Source: Candidatus Bathyarchaeia archaeon
GTDB taxonomy: Archaea; Thermoproteota; Bathyarchaeia; Bathyarchaeales; Bathycorpusculaceae
Direction of reading: 5' to 3'
DNA length: 64,000 bases
Assembly: GCA_050010755.1 (NCBI GenBank)
Contig: JBEKKK010000001.1
Location: forward strand, 1,248,001 to 1,312,000
Part shown: positions 59,730 through 64,000 of the stretch, in pieces
How positions within the stretch are numbered: the first letter of the stretch is position 1
Layout of the letters: the number at the start of each line of letters is the position of its first letter
The notes under the pieces: generated by a model
The model's input: the letters and a program-made list of their open reading frames with translations, nothing else
The model's database searches: none
What the model was told of the DNA's origin: nothing
Position numbers and translations under genes: made by a program

Positions 59730-61283
59730 TCATGACGTTTTGCCGATTGTGCTCACTGGCTTTGTTGATTCCTTGGGTGCTCTGAAACTTCTCGTCCTCC
59801 TAAGATCTACTAGGGCCACCAACAGAGTGACTACGCAAAGTGACGCGGCGATTGCAACGAGAAGCGAAGGTGGGGCTAAACTTTGAGCGGGAGGGAAATT
59901 TAAGTTTTCGCCGAGGACGTTTGTTCCGATGATTTCAACAGTGTGGTTGCCTTGGACGCGCTGGAATGACAACGCGGTGGCGACGGCGGTTTCTGTTGCC
60001 GTGTAAGAGATTGGGATCCCATCCACTTTAATTGTCCACTGCGACGTCAGGTTGCATGTTAGAAGTTTCTTTGGAACGCTGATTTGGAGAAACCAATTTT
60101 CCATCGAGAGAACGTCAAAGCGTATCTCCTTATCGGTCGCGTTGAAAACGGCGTTAAAAAGCCCAGAGGGTGCATTCGTTTTCGTGACCCCGGTTACGTT
60201 ATCCGCCACTTGGACTCCAAAGTTTGTTCCATTAGAGGGAACGGTAAAGCTCTCAATGACCTCGGCCGGGATGTATGCTTCCCCGTTGCTCGCGAATCCG
60301 CCGCTCATTAAGTAGGTGTCGATCAGTCGGATGTCTGAAACGCCAATCCCAACCGACGTGAATTTAAGGTAAGCCAGCTGTCCGCTTCCACTGGCTCCCG
60401 CGACGTTGAGATCTGCGAGGAAATCGTTCGCAAGAGGCGTGCTTTCCAATTGATTACTCGGGTTTGAGTATGACATAGTCGTAAATCCTGTGAATTCTGC
60501 TGACTCTTTCAGAAAGTCACCTTCATAGAAGCCAGTGCACTTCAAAATCGATGAGTTAAAATCAATACCTGCCGACCACTCCCAAAGGTTGTAAACGTTT
60601 GATATTCTTATGTTTACAGTAAAGTCTTGGCCAAGGCTCGTCGACTCTACCGCTGACGGCTCCGTGAATAAAGTTGTATTCTGATGCTGCAGTTCATAAG
60701 CAGCCTCGTCAGTTACGACGCTGACGATCCCATAGGGGTACAGCATGCTGTTGTCCGAGGGAGTCGGATCTCCAGGCAGATATGCCGTTGCCCTGAGGGC
60801 ATAACCCCCCAATGCCCATCCAGTAGTGTTCCAGACAAAAGTCGAATATGTTTGTTCCCCTGGACTCAGATTGGTCACTGTCTGATTTGGAGCCACACTA
60901 GTTGAATTAGCAAAGACACCCACGCCGAAGCTTTCTGTAAAGGCACCTGTGTTCAGAACGGTAACTGATATGTCCACTGAAGAGTCATTTGCCACGCTGG
61001 GAGATAGGCCCATATCCACCGGCGCAACATTTGTTACGGCGACATCGTGAACAAGCGCGCTATGTCCAGGAGATGCGCCGTTCGCAGGCATTACGCTTAC
61101 GAGCATTATTGAAGGGTTCGCCAAAAGAGTCAGTATTAGCAGAACAAGGACTATTTTCGATTTGATTTTCTCTGTTTTTGACAGGCGTGATTTGAGGTTT
61201 CTCATTATGTATCGCATTCTCAGTCGCCATACTTCAAGATGATCTTTCGCTAACTTTACTCTATACGTTCGAACGTTTCCCAT
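59730..61283 (-). CDS. Secreted CARDB + cohesin-domain surface protein with C-terminal TM
   Basis: HDVAVTNV..V.NTG..E.F (CARDB); FTVNI.I.NV.NL......F...IL......EG.FL..GSG.LA...F (cohesin); true start probably later. Confidence 0.8.
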   Translation of the reverse strand: MGNVRTYRVKLAKDHLEVWRLRMRYIMRNLKSRLSKTEKIKSKIVLVLLILTLLANPSIMLVSVMPANGASPGHSALVHDVAVTNVAPVDMGLSPSVANDSSVDISVTVLNTGAFTESFGVGVFANSTSVAPNQTVTNLSPGEQTYSTFVWNTTGWALGGYALRATAYLPGDPTPSDNSMLYPYGIVSVVTDEAAYELQHQNTTLFTEPSAVESTSLGQDFTVNIRISNVYNLWEWSAGIDFNSSILKCTGFYEGDFLKESAEFTGFTTMSYSNPSNQLESTPLANDFLADLNVAGASGSGQLAYLKFTSVGIGVSDIRLIDTYLMSGGFASNGEAYIPAEVIESFTVPSNGTNFGVQVADNVTGVTKTNAPSGLFNAVFNATDKEIRFDVLSMENWFLQISVPKKLLTCNLTSQWTIKVDGIPISYTATETAVATALSFQRVQGNHTVEIIGTNVLGENLNFPPAQSLAPPSLLVAIAASLCVVTLLVALVDLRRTRSFRAPKESTKPVSTIGKTS

Positions 61284-61286
61284 GCT

Positions 61287-61751
61287 TTATCGAACGCTCC
61301 TTCTGGATGAGGGTAAATTGGAATAGAGCGTGACTGCATCATACCACAGGATTATTGAGGCTACGATTCCCGGAAGTAAGGCGAGGAAAACTGTCGGTGT
61401 AAAGAATTTCCAGAACAGAACTGTAAAGGACAGACACATGAGCGTGGTCGCAGTTGCATAGATGATTTGCTTGGGAAAAACGAGGCCATGAACCACAAAG
61501 AAGCGATCTATCAGTCGGACCTTTGTTTCTCCGTTGATCTTGTAGTTTCCATAGGAATCTTTGGTCAAGATTCTATTATGAGCCAGCTTTTCAAGATGGT
61601 AGTATGCGCTGCTGGGGCTCGAAAAACCCATGGCCCTCTGGATTTCTCTAACACCGCAAGTCTGTTTCTTCCTCAGAAGATAGAAGTATACAATCAATGT
61701 ATTCCCTGAGATGTCCGCTGACTGCTCCTTGTCTCCCGAGGGCAACGACAC
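61287..61751 (-). CDS. Winged-HTH regulator with two C-terminal TM helices
   Basis: GVREIQRAMGFSSPSSAYYHLEKL, then hydrophobic helices. Confidence 0.85.
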   Translation of the reverse strand: MSLPSGDKEQSADISGNTLIVYFYLLRKKQTCGVREIQRAMGFSSPSSAYYHLEKLAHNRILTKDSYGNYKINGETKVRLIDRFFVVHGLVFPKQIIYATATTLMCLSFTVLFWKFFTPTVFLALLPGIVASIILWYDAVTLYSNLPSSRRSVR

Positions 61752-62307
61752 ACACCTTTCGGGGCCAACCCTCCCCCAACATTATTGTTATTACGTCGTT
61801 CTAATTAAACGATACTTTCGAACAGCAAGTTAGCGCATCTTGAGCAAGTACCCAAGATGCTTCGTGATGAACCGTGGGGAACTTTTTGACTGATCAGAGC
61901 TTTTGTTTAACCGAAAAGACAGAAAGAGGTCGCTTATAACAATGAACGTGTCTGCACATGCTTGCGCGAAGTTTTGCCGGTGTAACTACTGGGAGAAAGT
62001 TCCAGATTTCGGACACGGGTTCCACGAAGATAGGGTCATGGTGAGTGTTGTTCGAAGTTTCTGGTTGCTAGCGCGATATCTCTAGCGTACGCTTCTGTAT
62101 AGAACGCGCGTCTGCGTGGGAGCGTTTTTCGCTGAGCAACATTGCAAATCTCATGCAGTAAGATGATTGCGAATCAACAATGCATAGCGAAATCGATGTT
62201 TAAGAGTGTTAGAACAGGGCATGTGTCGATTTTTGGCATATTGTCATTTTTGCAATTTCCTATATACGTTTTGAAGCGAATCTGACTGTTGCTAGTGATG
62301 CGGTAGT

Positions 62308-62415
62308 ATGAGCCAAAAACTTTCCAGTAAGAAGTTCTTGGAATTGTTTGATGTCTTATGGCAGGAAGGACCAAGAACAGAATACAAGAACCCTGACAGT
62401 TGGGCCGGCTATTAG
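62308..62415 (+). CDS. Possible 35-aa microprotein MSQKLSSKKFLELFDVLWQEGPRTEYKNPDSWAGY
   Basis: Hand translation; TATATA about 45 nt upstream. Confidence 0.4.
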   Translation: MSQKLSSKKFLELFDVLWQEGPRTEYKNPDSWAGY

Positions 62416-62753
62416 CTGAGGATTAGCGCGCGCTCTCGCATTGGTTCAGAAAACATGCATAAGAGACTCTGCGCGTGCTGGCAAAGCGCCGCGTGCGCCA
62501 TCAAAATCACAATAACGTTACTACTGTAAAGTCGTTTCACTTGTTGAGCGCGCACTAACAGTAGAATGGCCATATGACGGAAAATGATGCGGCTCACGTG
62601 TCCAATATTGATTGTGAATCCAGTATGTTAATATGCTGCGTTCTCGAGTCTATCGGAGTAAGCAAGATTTTTGCCCATAGTATCGTGAAACCGGATTGTT
62701 CCGTTTTTGCTTTTGGCATATCTGCTAGAAGAAAAGAATTCGAGGTGAAAAAC

Positions 62754-62840
62754 ATGCAAGACACTAAGGAAATGGAAGAACGAATTAGGCGAACCGAAAT
62801 TTGGATGTATCGGTCTAAGACGCACGAAATGCAACGATAG
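62754..62840 (+). CDS. 28-aa microprotein MQDTKEMEERIRRTEIWMYRSKTHEMQR
   Basis: GAGGTGA SD upstream of ATG; T-tract after the stop. Confidence 0.5.
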   Translation: MQDTKEMEERIRRTEIWMYRSKTHEMQR

Positions 62841-63007
62841 TAGATTTCCTATCTTTTTTCCTTGAAAGGTATCTCTGTTTAACAATCACTCCAATCCGAA
62901 TCAAGAATTTTGTTATGGCACGCGCCAGTTGAGTCGGTTTTTGCTGCGCACTTCTAATATACTGGATAATTGAATATTATCATGCAGGGCACGCGGGGTT
63001 TGGGAGG

Positions 63008-63199
63008 ATGAGCTACAAGGAGGAAATGGAAAAAGGAGTCAAAGAGCGCTCTTTGAGTTATGAGATGTGGTTGAGACACGTCAAAAACTTGACTGGGCAA
63101 GAAATCTTTGAAATTAAGAATGAGGTCAACCGAGACCCCGCCAAGAACCGTGAACTGAAGGAAGAATACGAAAAGTGGAAGGCCAGCGTGCCTAAATAG
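63008..63199 (+). CDS. 63-aa charged hypothetical protein
   Basis: GGGAGG upstream; helical K/E-rich. Confidence 0.6.
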   Translation: MSYKEEMEKGVKERSLSYEMWLRHVKNLTGQEIFEIKNEVNRDPAKNRELKEEYEKWKASVPK

Positions 63200-63265
63200 T
63201 CGTCAATTAACGCACGCCAAAATTATTAAAGCACTATACGCATATCATACCTTCTGGGAATATAA

Positions 63266-63355
63266 ATGCCGAAAAAAGAAAAACCGTTAACTAAGAAAGA
63301 GCGAGACGAGAAAAGGAAAAAACATAAGGAGAAGCAAAGCAAGACACAGAGTTAA
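63266..63355 (+). CDS. 29-aa Lys-rich microprotein
   Basis: MPKKEKPLTKKERDEKRKKHKEKQSKTQS; T-rich tract downstream. Confidence 0.5.
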   Translation: MPKKEKPLTKKERDEKRKKHKEKQSKTQS

Positions 63356-63527
63356 GCCCTAAGAAAGAGCTTTGCAAAACCCTTTTTCTCTTTTTACTTT
63401 AAAGTTGGCTTCTTTAATGAAATGAGAGAAAGACGCTTCAGTTTGGGATATTGTCGGCTTCCTCCGTTAATGCGAAAGAAATATGTTTTAAGCTTGTTCA
63501 TCTATAGTTGATTTGTAGCTGAGAGTT

Positions 63528-63656
63528 ATGCCGAGTGTATTGAAACGTAAACAAAAGAATGCTCAAATCGCACAACAGAAAAAGATGGAACGGGATAAAG
63601 AAGCTAAAAAGAAACAGTTGAGACAGCAACTTCCTGCCAAGGGCAAGAAACGTTAA
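63528..63656 (+). CDS. 42-aa Lys/Gln-rich microprotein
   Basis: MPSVLKRKQKNAQIAQQKKMERDKEAKKKQLRQQLPAKGKKR; TTTTAAG box upstream. Confidence 0.5.
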   Translation: MPSVLKRKQKNAQIAQQKKMERDKEAKKKQLRQQLPAKGKKR

Positions 63657-63878
63657 AGCCACTAAAAGGAGCTATGGTAACCATCTAGAAGCTTATGCCT
63701 AGCGCGCGCTGGAAGATGGATTAATTTATGGATACCGTGATGACCATTTGACAAGGCTTCAAGCGATACTTCTATTACGGAGATTGAATAAATTCGGTCT
63801 AGTTGAAGGATTCAAGGGAACTCAAAGTCATTTTGGAAAATCAACCATCAAGTTTGTAGGATAGGAAGGTGAGAAAAA

Positions 63879-64000
63879 ATGGGCGAGAGAAGATACAACA
63901 GAAGTAAAAGCTACAAATGTCCATCATGTAGTCTAGAATTCAAGAGTGAGGGAGTACCTGGACACTGTCCACGATGTCACGCTGTAATTGAAATCAAAAG
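63879..64000 (+). CDS. Small C4 zinc-finger protein (3' truncated)
   Basis: AGGTGA SD; YKCPSC...HCPRC. Confidence 0.65.
   Translation, partial: MGERRYNRSKSYKCPSCSLEFKSEGVPGHCPRCHAVIEIK

Noticed and set aside
61860-61900. Second C/D sRNA (GTGATGA...CTGA)
   Set aside because: Only one C/D pair, no C'/D' boxes, and too short

Overview
Archaeal chromosomal segment, most consistent with Bathyarchaeia/TACK (PolB1, Topo VI A/B, thermosome, aIF5B, ABCE1, AglB/AglH, CarS, Cgi121/Sua5, CARDB/cohesin and NosD-type surface proteins). Most of it is housekeeping and amino-acid catabolism (hutU/hutI/formiminotransferase, gcvT, speB, bacterial-type metK), with accessory ends. The strongest unexplained signal is a non-coding ~120-bp element: two tandem 13-mers TTACANNGCAACA, a 15-bp dyad TTACRTCNGAYGTAA, and an A7-G-string. 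It occurs 7 times at three loci, including a triple array with an exact 181-bp period, and its orientation appears to match strong local A+C versus G+T strand skew. Other notable items: an AT-rich AbrB + unknown + PD-(D/E)xK nuclease cassette; a 24-aa hyper-acidic microprotein upstream of ABCE1; a PAC4/LpdD-like gene coupled to UbiD; an OST3/6-DC2-like subunit near aglB; a candidate C/D box sRNA; intergenic (GC)4 tracts; two frameshifted genes; and a terminal cluster of microproteins. No tRNA, rRNA, CRISPR array or transposase was recognised. All calls come from reading motifs by eye, without database searches.
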